A DNA stretch of 64,000 nt. It comes from an uncultured Pseudomonadota bacterium. GTDB taxonomy: Bacteria; Myxococcota_A; Polyangia; Fen-1088. The notes under the pieces are model-generated. The model worked only from the letters and a program-made list of their open reading frames with translations, had not been told where the DNA came from and did not search any database. How positions within the stretch are numbered: the first letter of the stretch is position 1; each line of letters begins with the position of its first letter. The DNA is taken from the NCBI GenBank assembly GCA_963847705.1, contig CAWKBC010000047.1, positions 1-64,000 on the forward strand. The letters run 5' to 3'. Shown piece after piece: positions 43,543-51,640 of the stretch. Position numbers and translations under genes: made by a program.

Positions 43543-43805
43543 GATTCGTCACATCCCCGGTGCCGAGCTCGCGTTCCGGATTCGTCACATCGCCGGTGCC
43601 GAGCTCGCGTTCCGCGCTCCCCTTCTCGGTCGATTGCCACTTCACGCGCGTTCCACGCTCCCATTCCAGTCGATTGTCACTTCACGAGCGTACATCCGCC
43701 GAATCAAGCCGCGCGCCCTGCGAACCCTTCGCGCCCTGCGAAACCCTCGCGTCTGGGAACCCTTCGCGCCCGGCAAACCCCTCGCGCCCTGCGCAACTCG
43801 GCGCC
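43543..43805. repeat. Three consecutive tandem duplications (36 bp x2, 40-bp period x2, ~18 bp x5)
   Basis: 43543-43578/43579-43614; GTCGATTGYCACTTCACG at 43629 and 43669; CGCGCCCTGCGAACCC-like units from 43712. Confidence 0.9.
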
Positions 43806-43825
43806 TCCCGCGCCGAAGACAGAAC

Positions 43826-44524
43826 ATGCGCGCAATCAAGTCGGGACGGACTCGACAGCTGGGGCTGCCCATTCCGGCGGCGAGAACGTGGGGCGGGGCT
43901 CGGAAAGGCGCCGGCCGGAAGCCGCGCGGCCGACCGTCGATGCCGCACATCACGCGACCCAAGATCGACCCGCGATATCCGGTGCAGCTCACCATCCGGG
44001 CCACGCCCGGGCTGCCGTCGCTTCGCTCCCCCCGGCTGTTCGGCGCGCTCCGGCGGGCCATCGCCCGGGCCTCGATCGATCGCTTTCGAATCGTCCATTT
44101 CTCGATCCAGCAGGATCACGGACACTTCATCGTCGAGGGAGACGAGCCGCGCCGGACCCGCGGCGGCATGCATGGCCTCGCGATCCGCCTGGCGCTGGCG
44201 GTGAATCGCGCGCTCGGCCGCCGGGGGAGGGTGGTTGGCGATCGGTACCACGCCCGCCCGCTCACGACGCCGCGGCAGACGCGGGCGAGCATGGTGTACG
44301 TGCTGCTCAACTTCCGGAAGCACCTGCGTGCGCCCCCGTGCATCGACCCACGGAGCTCCGGGCCACACTTTTCAGGGTGGCAGCGAGGACCGGAGCCCAC
44401 GGAGCTCGCGCCGGCCACGGCCCTGCCGTCCACCTGGATGGCGCGCGTCGGTTGGCGGCGCGCCGGCGGGCCGTTGCGGGTCGAGGAACGGCCGGCCGCA
44501 GCTCCGCGACCGCACCCCACTTGA
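43826..44524 (+). CDS. HUH/Y1 tyrosine transposase, RAYT/IS200-TnpA-like
   Basis: VHFSIQQDHGHFIVE (HUH), DRYHAR, VYVLLNFRKH (putative catalytic Tyr), N-terminal WGGARKGAGRKP. Confidence 0.8.
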   Translation: MRAIKSGRTRQLGLPIPAARTWGGARKGAGRKPRGRPSMPHITRPKIDPRYPVQLTIRATPGLPSLRSPRLFGALRRAIARASIDRFRIVHFSIQQDHGHFIVEGDEPRRTRGGMHGLAIRLALAVNRALGRRGRVVGDRYHARPLTTPRQTRASMVYVLLNFRKHLRAPPCIDPRSSGPHFSGWQRGPEPTELAPATALPSTWMARVGWRRAGGPLRVEERPAAAPRPHPT

Positions 44525-44547
44525 TTAGGCGGATGTTGCGGGGGGCA

Positions 44548-44682
44548 GCCGCGCGCGCCCAACGGCCTGCCCCCGAGGCCCACCGGCTCGGAGGCCGCGC
44601 GCGCCCAACGGCCTGCCCCCGAGGCCCAACGGCTCGGAGGCCGCGCGCGCCCAACGGCCTGCCCCCGAGGCCCACCGGCTCG
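44548..44682. repeat. 46-bp tandem repeat x3
   Basis: GCCGCGCGCGCCCAACGGCCTGCCCCCGAGGCCCAMCGGCTCGGAG at 44548, 44594 and 44640 (last copy truncated). Confidence 0.95.
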
Positions 44683-44907
44683 AAACCCAACGGCGCGAGG
44701 AGTCGCCGAGGGATCGCCAAGACGTGACGAATCGTGAGAGGCCGCTTACCGGGCGGCACGTCGTCGGGCATGGTTCGCTTCGCTCACCGTCGCCTTTCGG
44801 CGACGCCCTCCTGGCCGTTGCTGACTCCCAGGGGGTCACCGTGAAATGGCTCGTCGTCGTGGTGGTGGTCTACACTGCGGTGGCGATGTTGCGTTCCGCG
44901 GTTCGAG

Positions 44908-46365
44908 ATGGCTAGCCCGCTGTTCGCCACCAAATCGATCGACGCCCTGCGCGCCGACGCGGCCGGCGAGCATGGGCTCAAGCGGGCGCTCGGCGCGATG
45001 GACCTGATGCTGCTCGGTGTGGGAGCCATCATCGGCACCGGAATCTTCGTGCTCACCGGACAGGCCGCCGCCGACAACGCTGGGCCGGCGGTGGTGCTGT
45101 CGTTCGTCGCGGCCGGGATCGCCTCGGGCTTCGCCGGTCTCTGCTACTCCGAGATGGCCTCGATGATCCCGATCGCCGGCAGCGCCTACACCTATTCGTA
45201 CGCCACGATGGGCGAGCTCGTCGCCTGGATCATCGGCTGGGATCTGATCCTCGAGTACATGGTCGCCTCGGCGGCGGTCAGCGTCGGCTGGTCGGGTTAC
45301 GCCGTGGCGTTCGTCCATGACGTCCTGGGCATCACGTTGTCGCCGGCCTGGACGCGCGCACCGTTCGAATACAACGAGGTGCTGAGGCAATTTCATTCCA
45401 CCGGCGCGGTGTTGAACATCCCCGCCATGTTGATCACCGCGGTGGTGACGACGATCCTGGTCATCGGCATCAAAGAATCGGCGCGCTTCAACACCGTCAT
45501 CGTCACCATCAAGGTCGCGGTGGTGCTGATGTTCATCGCCTTCTGCGCGCGGTTCGTGAACACCGCCAACTGGCACCCGTTCATCCCGCCCGAGCAGGCG
45601 CGCGGCCACTTCGGGTTTTCGGGCGTCATGCGCGGCGCGGCCCGGGTCTTCTTCGCCTACATCGGGTTCGACGCCGTCTCCACCGCCGCGCAGGAGGCCA
45701 AGAACCCGCAGCGCGATCTGCCGATCGGGATCCTCGGATCGCTGGCGATCTGCACCGTCCTCTACGTGGCCGTCTCTCTGATCCTGACCGGCATCGTCCC
45801 CTACTCGCATCTCGGGGTTCCCCATCCGATCGCCGTCGGGGTCGAGGCGACCGGGCAGCTCTGGCTGGTGACGTTCGTCGAGATCGGCGCCATCGCCGGT
45901 CTGTCGTCGGTGATGCTGGTGATGATGCTGGGACAGCCGCGCATCTTCTTCTCGATGGCGGTCGACGGCCTGCTGCCGCCGGGCGCGGCGCGCGTGCACC
46001 CACGCTTCGGAACTCCCTGGGTCACGACGATCATCACCGGGGTGGTGGTGGCGGTGGGCGGCGGGCTGCTGCCGGTCGGGGTCCTCAGTCAGCTCACGTC
46101 GGTGGGGACTTTGTTCGCCTTCGTGCTGGTCAGTCTGGGCGTCATGATCCTGCGCCTCAAGCGTCCGGACATCCCGCGCGGCTTCCGCGTGCCCGGCGGC
46201 ACCTATCTGGTGCCCCTCTGCGGCGCCGCCACGTCGACCTACCTGATGCTCCAGGAGACGATCAGCACCCTCATCCGCCTGTTCGGCTGGATGGCGATCG
46301 GCCTCGTCATCTACGCGTTCTACGGCCGCAAACACTCCAAGCTGACGTCAAATCGGGGACCCTGA
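44908..46365 (+). CDS. APC-family amino acid permease
   Basis: GVGAIIGTGIFVLTG, GSAYTYSY, FFAYIGFDAVST, EAKNPQRD. Confidence 0.95.
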   Translation: MASPLFATKSIDALRADAAGEHGLKRALGAMDLMLLGVGAIIGTGIFVLTGQAAADNAGPAVVLSFVAAGIASGFAGLCYSEMASMIPIAGSAYTYSYATMGELVAWIIGWDLILEYMVASAAVSVGWSGYAVAFVHDVLGITLSPAWTRAPFEYNEVLRQFHSTGAVLNIPAMLITAVVTTILVIGIKESARFNTVIVTIKVAVVLMFIAFCARFVNTANWHPFIPPEQARGHFGFSGVMRGAARVFFAYIGFDAVSTAAQEAKNPQRDLPIGILGSLAICTVLYVAVSLILTGIVPYSHLGVPHPIAVGVEATGQLWLVTFVEIGAIAGLSSVMLVMMLGQPRIFFSMAVDGLLPPGAARVHPRFGTPWVTTIITGVVVAVGGGLLPVGVLSQLTSVGTLFAFVLVSLGVMILRLKRPDIPRGFRVPGGTYLVPLCGAATSTYLMLQETISTLIRLFGWMAIGLVIYAFYGRKHSKLTSNRGP

Positions 46366-46487
46366 GAGGGGCCCGCGGGCCCCCGCGAAGAACTCCACGC
46401 CACCCCACGCGGGCGCACCCGCGGTGGGGACCCCGCGCCGGGCCAAGCCCGGCTCCGTCCACGCGATCACCTTTTCTGGTTCTAACG

Positions 46488-47297
46488 TCAGCGGCGGCGG
46501 TGGTGGGCCAGGGTGCGGCGCGAGGCTTCCGCGGTGGTGAAGCTGGGCGGAATCCTGAAGTTCGCGCGCACGACGTGGCCGGGCAGGCCGACCGACATGC
46601 GCCAGCCGCGGATCGTTTGCACGGCGCAGTCGCCGGCGTCCTCGTCGATCGCGGCCGCCGTCGCCAGGCCGACGGAGCCGAGCGCGCCGTTCGACTCGAT
46701 GTAGATCATGGCGTTCACCTGCTCGGAGGCGATCTGCCCGCAGGCCGCCAGCTGCGGCAGCAGCGTGGCCACGTCGCGGTCCACCTTGGGACCGTCGACG
46801 TCGAGGATCTCCATCCCGCTCTCCGAGCGGAATTCGACCGGGTACTCGAAGGTCGTCGCCTTGTTGCCGTTCGGCGCGTGGAAACGAATCTTGCGCCCGA
46901 CCTCGACCAGGCAGCGCTCCACGTCGTAGTTGCCGAGCGTCGACTCGAGCACCCAGACGTCCTGCGCGGCGCCGTCGCCGGCGACCATGAACCGGAGCAG
47001 CACCTTGCCACCCGCGTAGCGCTGCGCCTTGCCCGCGCGCGTGTAGCAGGCACGCACGTCGTCGAAGTGCTCCTGCAGCGTCGCTTCGACGTCGTCGGTG
47101 TCCATGACGCCGATCTCGTTGTCGAGCGTCATCGAGGCGCCTGGGTCGACCGGTTTCGGCGCCTTGCGATGCGCCACCGCGAACTCGGGACCACCTTCCG
47201 CGTCCTTGCGGGCTCCCTTGTCGCCTCCGCACCCGATCCCCAAAAACGCGAACGCCGAAACGAACAGAGCTGCTGACTTCACTGACTTCGACTTCAT
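46488..47297 (-). CDS. Lipoprotein with AgmX/PglI-type TonB C-terminal-like domain(s)
   Basis: GIGC lipobox; VRACY...GKVLLRFMVAGDG...VERCL...FEYPVEF, plus a second degenerate copy. Confidence 0.75.
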   Translation of the reverse strand: MKSKSVKSAALFVSAFAFLGIGCGGDKGARKDAEGGPEFAVAHRKAPKPVDPGASMTLDNEIGVMDTDDVEATLQEHFDDVRACYTRAGKAQRYAGGKVLLRFMVAGDGAAQDVWVLESTLGNYDVERCLVEVGRKIRFHAPNGNKATTFEYPVEFRSESGMEILDVDGPKVDRDVATLLPQLAACGQIASEQVNAMIYIESNGALGSVGLATAAAIDEDAGDCAVQTIRGWRMSVGLPGHVVRANFRIPPSFTTAEASRRTLAHHRRR

Positions 47298-47429
47298 GTA
47301 CACCTTGGGCCGGGGGTCCCTGGCGAGCTTTGGAGCGTCCTTCAGACAATTCCCATCGACGGAAGTTCCGGCAAGAGGAGACAAATTTCCGTTCCGCCTG
47401 AATTCCGCCCACTTGCCCGCGCGGCTCCG

Positions 47430-47456
47430 TGGTTGCGCAACACAGTTGCGCAACCA
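47430..47456. promoter_or_regulatory. Double palindrome, putative transcription-factor site
   Basis: TGGTTGCGCAAC-ACA-GTTGCGCAACCA, ~135 bp upstream of the 47297 start. Confidence 0.55.
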
Positions 47457-47613
47457 TTTCGGGGCTTTAGCAGCCTTCTTCCTCGTCCTTCCGTCGTTCC
47501 TCGGAGCAGATCCGGATTCTCTCGATTTCTCCGGTGTACGGCCCTTTCGAAAACGGCTCACCAAAACGGCCAGCATTCCCGCCGTTTTTTGCAGTGCTGC
47601 TTCTCGGGCAAAC

Positions 47614-47955
47614 GTGAACCGCATTACGCGCGCGTGTCTCCAGTCAACCGCATTACGCGCGCGTCCCCCAGGTGAACGGGGTTACGCGCGCGCGCCTCCA
47701 GTCAACCGCATCGTGCGCGCGTCCCCCAGGTGAACGGGGTTACGCGCGCGCCTCCAGTCAACCGCATCGTGCGCGCGTCCCCCCCGTGAACGGGGTTACG
47801 CGCGCGCGCCTCCAGTCAACCGCATCGCCCGCGCGTCCCCCCCGTGAACGGGGTTACGCGCGCGCCGCTGCTCGCGTCACCCACGGCGCTCGTCCGAGCG
47901 TGAACCGCGTTACGCGCGCGTCGCTGCTCGCGTCACTCACGGCGCTCGTCCGAGC
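47614..47955. repeat. Tandem array of alternating 27-29-bp monomers followed by two 56-bp units
   Basis: Units start at 47614, 47643, 47672, 47701, 47730, 47757, 47786, 47815, 47844 and 47900 with GTGAAC or GTCAAC. Confidence 0.95.
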
Positions 47956-47959
47956 GTGG

Positions 47960-48074
47960 GCTTTTTCGGCGGCGCGGGATGCCCTTCAATACGCGAGACG
48001 CATCCCGCGCCGCCGAAAAAGCTTCGTGCGAAGGCAGCGGAGGAGCGAGCGCCAACGCGAGATCCGCACGAAGC
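47960..48074. repeat. Dispersed double-hairpin element, copy 2
   Basis: Same 23-bp stem (47960-47982/48000-48022) and 10-bp stem (48021-48030/48065-48074) as copy 1; same 115-bp length. Confidence 0.95.
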
Positions 48075-48097
48075 GCAACTCGCGTTATTTGAAGAAG

Positions 48098-48170
48098 CAG
48101 GCGCGCACCGAGGCCGTCAGGCGCGCGGCGAGGTCATCAGGCGCGAGTCAGGGTCATCAGGCGCGAGGGC
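48098..48170. repeat. 20-bp-period tandem repeat x4
   Basis: CAGGCGCG at 48098, 48118, 48138 and 48158. Confidence 0.8.
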
Positions 48171-48272
48171 CGGGCGCGGCCGCTCGACCGCGGCGGCGGC
48201 CCAGGCGATTGCGCGGGCTCCGCGAGGCTCCGCCGAGCGGAGCCCCGGAGCCCCGTGAGCCCGCGAGCCCGG

Positions 48273-48734
48273 TCAGTACGCCGGTTCGAACCGATACACG
48301 TACTGCATGGTCCCGGTCTGGGCGACCTGCGGGTACTCGAAGTCGTTGAGCTTCTCGACCAGGCAGTCGCTGACCTCTTTGTTGTTCAGCGTCCCGCCGG
48401 TGACCTTGGCGGTGGCCTTGCCGGCCGGGGTCAGCTCCAGGAGCACGATGACCGTCCCCTTGAACGCGCGATCGTGCTTCTCGTCGAGCACGTCCTGATA
48501 GCAGCGCAGCGTCGACGGATCGCGCTGCTGCAGGAGCAGCTGCACCTCCGCCTCCTTGTCGGGCGAGATGCCGCCGGTCTGTGCCGCCACCTCGTTGTTC
48601 TTGACGACGCGAACGCTCCGCTCGTTGCTGTCCGACGTCTCCGCGCACGCGGCGACGGTCAACGTCGACAGCAGCGCCAGAGCGGCGATTTCGGAGCCAA
48701 ACAACCTACGTGTCACTGCGGCGATCGAACCCAT
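48273..48734 (-). CDS. Lipoprotein with AgmX/PglI C-terminal-like domain
   Basis: VAAC lipobox; LRCY...GTVIVLLELTPAG...DCLVEKL...YVYRFEP. Confidence 0.75.
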   Translation of the reverse strand: MGSIAAVTRRLFGSEIAALALLSTLTVAACAETSDSNERSVRVVKNNEVAAQTGGISPDKEAEVQLLLQQRDPSTLRCYQDVLDEKHDRAFKGTVIVLLELTPAGKATAKVTGGTLNNKEVSDCLVEKLNDFEYPQVAQTGTMQYVYRFEPAY

Positions 48735-48773
48735 GGACGACCCTCCTCGACGGAGGCGACCTTAGCCCCAGGT

Positions 48774-49928
48774 TCACTCCTTGAGCAAGGCCGAAGCGAT
48801 CACCAGCCGCTGGATCTCGCTGGTCCCCTCGTAGATCTCGGTGATCTTCGCGTCGCGGAAGTGGCGCTCCGCCGGGTAATCACGCAGGTAGCCATAGCCG
48901 CCGAAGATCTGCACCGTCTCCTTGGCGGCCCGGTTGGCGACCTCCGAGGCGAACAGCTTGGCCATCGAGGCCTCGGTCGAGTAGGCGCCGCCGCTGTCCT
49001 TCTTGACCGCCGCCCGCCAGAGCAGCATCCGCGCCGCCTCGATCTCCGTGCGCATGTCGGCCAGCTTGAACTGGATGGCCTGGTGCTCGGCGATCGGCTG
49101 GCCGAAGGTCTTTCGCTCGCGCGCGTAGCGGACAGCGTCCTCGAAGGCGGCCCGCGCGATCCCCAGCGCCTGCGCCGCGATTCCGATCCGCCCGCCGTCG
49201 AGCGCGCGCATGGCGAGCTTGAATCCGTCGCCCTCCGGGCCGAGCCGTGCGTCGTCGCCGACGGCGCAGTCGGTCAGGAAAACCTGCGCGCTGGGCGCGC
49301 CGCGGATCCCCAGCTTGTCGTCGGGCGGCCCCAGCGTCAGCCCCGGGCTGTCCATCGGCACCAGGAAGGCGGTGATGCCGCGCCCGCCCTTCGTCGGATC
49401 GGTCGTGGCCAGCACGATCGCCAGATCGGCGACCGGTGCGTTGGTGATGAAGTTCTTGGTGCCGTTCAGGACCCAGCGGACCGCGCCGCCCCGGTTTTCG
49501 CGCACGGCGCGCGTCCGCTGCGCCTTGGCGTCGGATCCCGCCTCCGGCTCGGAGAGGGCGAAGCAGCCGATCTTTCGCCCCGCCGCCAGATCGGGCAGCC
49601 AGCGCGCGCGCTGGTCATCGGTCCCTTCTTTGAGAATGGGGGCTGCCACCAGCGAGCTCTGCACCGACATGGCCACCGCCGTCGAGGCGCAGGCGCGCGC
49701 GATCTCCTCCAGCGCCACCGCGTAGGAGAGCGCGTCCATTCCGGCGCCGCCCCACCGCTCGGGGACCATGATCCCGAGCAGCCCCAGCTCGCCGAGGCGC
49801 GAGAAGATCTTGCGCGGGAATTCGTGGGTGCGATCGATCTCGGCGGCCTGCGGCGCGATCTCGCGGGTCGCCAGATCGCGCGCGGTGTCCCGGATCATCT
49901 TCTGTTCGGGGGAGAGCTCGAAGTTCAT
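48774..49928 (-). CDS. Acyl-CoA dehydrogenase (butyryl-CoA type)
   Basis: FALSEPEAGSDA, GTKNFITN, LDGGRIGIAAQ, IYEGTSEIQR. Confidence 0.95.
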   Translation of the reverse strand: MNFELSPEQKMIRDTARDLATREIAPQAAEIDRTHEFPRKIFSRLGELGLLGIMVPERWGGAGMDALSYAVALEEIARACASTAVAMSVQSSLVAAPILKEGTDDQRARWLPDLAAGRKIGCFALSEPEAGSDAKAQRTRAVRENRGGAVRWVLNGTKNFITNAPVADLAIVLATTDPTKGGRGITAFLVPMDSPGLTLGPPDDKLGIRGAPSAQVFLTDCAVGDDARLGPEGDGFKLAMRALDGGRIGIAAQALGIARAAFEDAVRYARERKTFGQPIAEHQAIQFKLADMRTEIEAARMLLWRAAVKKDSGGAYSTEASMAKLFASEVANRAAKETVQIFGGYGYLRDYPAERHFRDAKITEIYEGTSEIQRLVIASALLKE

Positions 49929-50713
49929 CGTCCGGTCCAGTTGGGCACGCGCTTGTCGAGAAAGGCGCGCATCCCTTCCTTTTGATCGTGGGTGGCAAAG
50001 AGCCCGCAGAAGAGCTGGCGTTCGAGCGCGATCCCCTCGTCGAGCGGCAGATCGGGCCCGCGGCGGAGCGCGCGCTTGGCGGCGGCCACCGCCAGCGGCG
50101 CCCGGGCGGCGATCTCGGCGGCGACGGCGCGCGCCCGCGGCAGGAGCTCCGCCGGTTCGAGCACCTCGTTCACCAGGCCCATGCGCGCGGCGGCGTCGGC
50201 GTCCACCAGCCCGCCCGTGTAGATGAGCTGGCGGGCGCGCGCCACGCCGATCCGTTGGACCAAGCGTTGCGTGCCGCCCATGCCGGGGATGACGCCCAGG
50301 CCGACCTCGGGCATGCCGACCCTGGCGCCGCGCGCGGCCAGGATGAAGTCGCAGGCCAGCGCCAGCTCGAACCCGCCGCCCAGGGCGAAGCCGTTCACCG
50401 CCGCGATCACCGGCATCCGCGACGACTCCAGGAGGTCGCCCACCCGGTGCGCGTGCGCCACCAGAACGTCGGCGCCCGCTGGGTCGGCGTCAGCCATCGC
50501 CTTGATGTCCGCGCCGGCCGCGAAGGCCTTGTCGCCGGCGCCGGTCAGGATCACGCAGCGAATGCTGGTTTCGCCTTCGAGGGCGGCGAATGCCTCGGCC
50601 AGCGCGTCCAGCGTCTCGCCGTCGAGCGCGTTGCGCGCCTCCGGGCGGTTGACGCTGACGATGGCGAGCGCGCCCTCGCGCGCGACGAGCGCGCGTCCCG
50701 CGGTGGTGCTCAA
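49925..50713 (-). CDS. Enoyl-CoA hydratase (crotonase)
   Basis: FAAGADI, AAVNGFALGGGFELALACD, PEVGLGVIPG; TTG start overlapping the hbd stop. Confidence 0.93.
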   Translation of the reverse strand: MSTTAGRALVAREGALAIVSVNRPEARNALDGETLDALAEAFAALEGETSIRCVILTGAGDKAFAAGADIKAMADADPAGADVLVAHAHRVGDLLESSRMPVIAAVNGFALGGGFELALACDFILAARGARVGMPEVGLGVIPGMGGTQRLVQRIGVARARQLIYTGGLVDADAAARMGLVNEVLEPAELLPRARAVAAEIAARAPLAVAAAKRALRRGPDLPLDEGIALERQLFCGLFATHDQKEGMRAFLDKRVPNWTGR

Positions 50714-51621
50714 CTGGCCGGCTCCAGGCGGATCGCGCCCGAGAGCTGGGCCGGTGGTGGGTAGTGGTAAAAGCCGCGCCCGGTCTTGCGCCCCAGCCAT
50801 CCCGCGGCGACGTACTGGCGCAGCAACGGACAGGGGCGGTACTTCGGATCGCCGAGGTTGCGGTGCAGGACCTCCAGGATCGACAGCGCCGTGTCGAGGC
50901 CGATGAGGTCCATCAGCGCGAACGGTCCCATCGGGTGCTTGAGGCCGAGCTGGATGGCGAGGTCCATGTCCTCGACCGAGCCGATCCCTTCGTAGAGCGC
51001 GAAGCAGGCCTCGTTCAGCATCGGCATCAAGACGCGGTTGACGATGAAGCCGGGGATGTCGCGCGAGAGCACGGTCTGCTTGCCGAGCCGCTCGGCCAGC
51101 GCGCGCGTCACCTCGTAGGTGGCGTCGCCGGTCGCCAGGCCCCGGATGATCTCCACCAGCTTCATGAGCGGCGGCGGATTCATGAAGTGCATCCCGATCA
51201 CCCGCTCCGGACGGGTCACCGCCGCGCCGATGGTGGTGATGCTGATCGACGAGGTGTTGGTGGCCAGCACCACGTCGCCCCTACAGGCGCGATCGAGCGT
51301 GGCGAAGATCTCCCGCTTGACGCCCACATCCTCGATGGCAGCCTCGACCACGAAGTCGACCGACTCCAGCTCCTTGCCGTAGAGGTCGCACGGCTCGATG
51401 CGCGCCAGCATCTGGGTCCGCTCCGCCGCCGTGAGCTTGTTCTTCTCAACCAGCTTGTCGAGCTGCTTGCCCACGGTGGCGCGCCCGCGCTCGGCGATGT
51501 CGCGCCCCATGTCCGCCAGCGTGACGGTGAAGCCCTGCGCCACCGCCAGCTGGGCGATCCCGCGTCCCATCTGGCCGGCGCCGATGACACCGACGCGGTG
51601 GATGCCGTCCAGGGCTGACAT
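50710..51621 (-). CDS. hbd: 3-hydroxybutyryl-CoA dehydrogenase
   Basis: GAGQMGRGIA, ATNTSSISI, GMHFMNP, HPMGP. Confidence 0.93.
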   Translation of the reverse strand: MSALDGIHRVGVIGAGQMGRGIAQLAVAQGFTVTLADMGRDIAERGRATVGKQLDKLVEKNKLTAAERTQMLARIEPCDLYGKELESVDFVVEAAIEDVGVKREIFATLDRACRGDVVLATNTSSISITTIGAAVTRPERVIGMHFMNPPPLMKLVEIIRGLATGDATYEVTRALAERLGKQTVLSRDIPGFIVNRVLMPMLNEACFALYEGIGSVEDMDLAIQLGLKHPMGPFALMDLIGLDTALSILEVLHRNLGDPKYRPCPLLRQYVAAGWLGRKTGRGFYHYPPPAQLSGAIRLEPAS

Positions 51622-51640
51622 GGCTGGCGTCAAGGTAGCG

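Larger units (their letters stand above)
43534..44742. mobile_element. RAYT-like element (REPtron-like) bounded by 19-bp inverted repeats
   Basis: GCCTCTCACGATTCGTCAC (43534-43552) and its reverse complement (44724-44742) enclose an HUH/Y1 gene and tandem repeats. Confidence 0.7.

Noticed and set aside
47614-47955. Possible CRISPR array (29-bp units)
   Set aside because: Units abut directly and alternate; there are no unique spacers.
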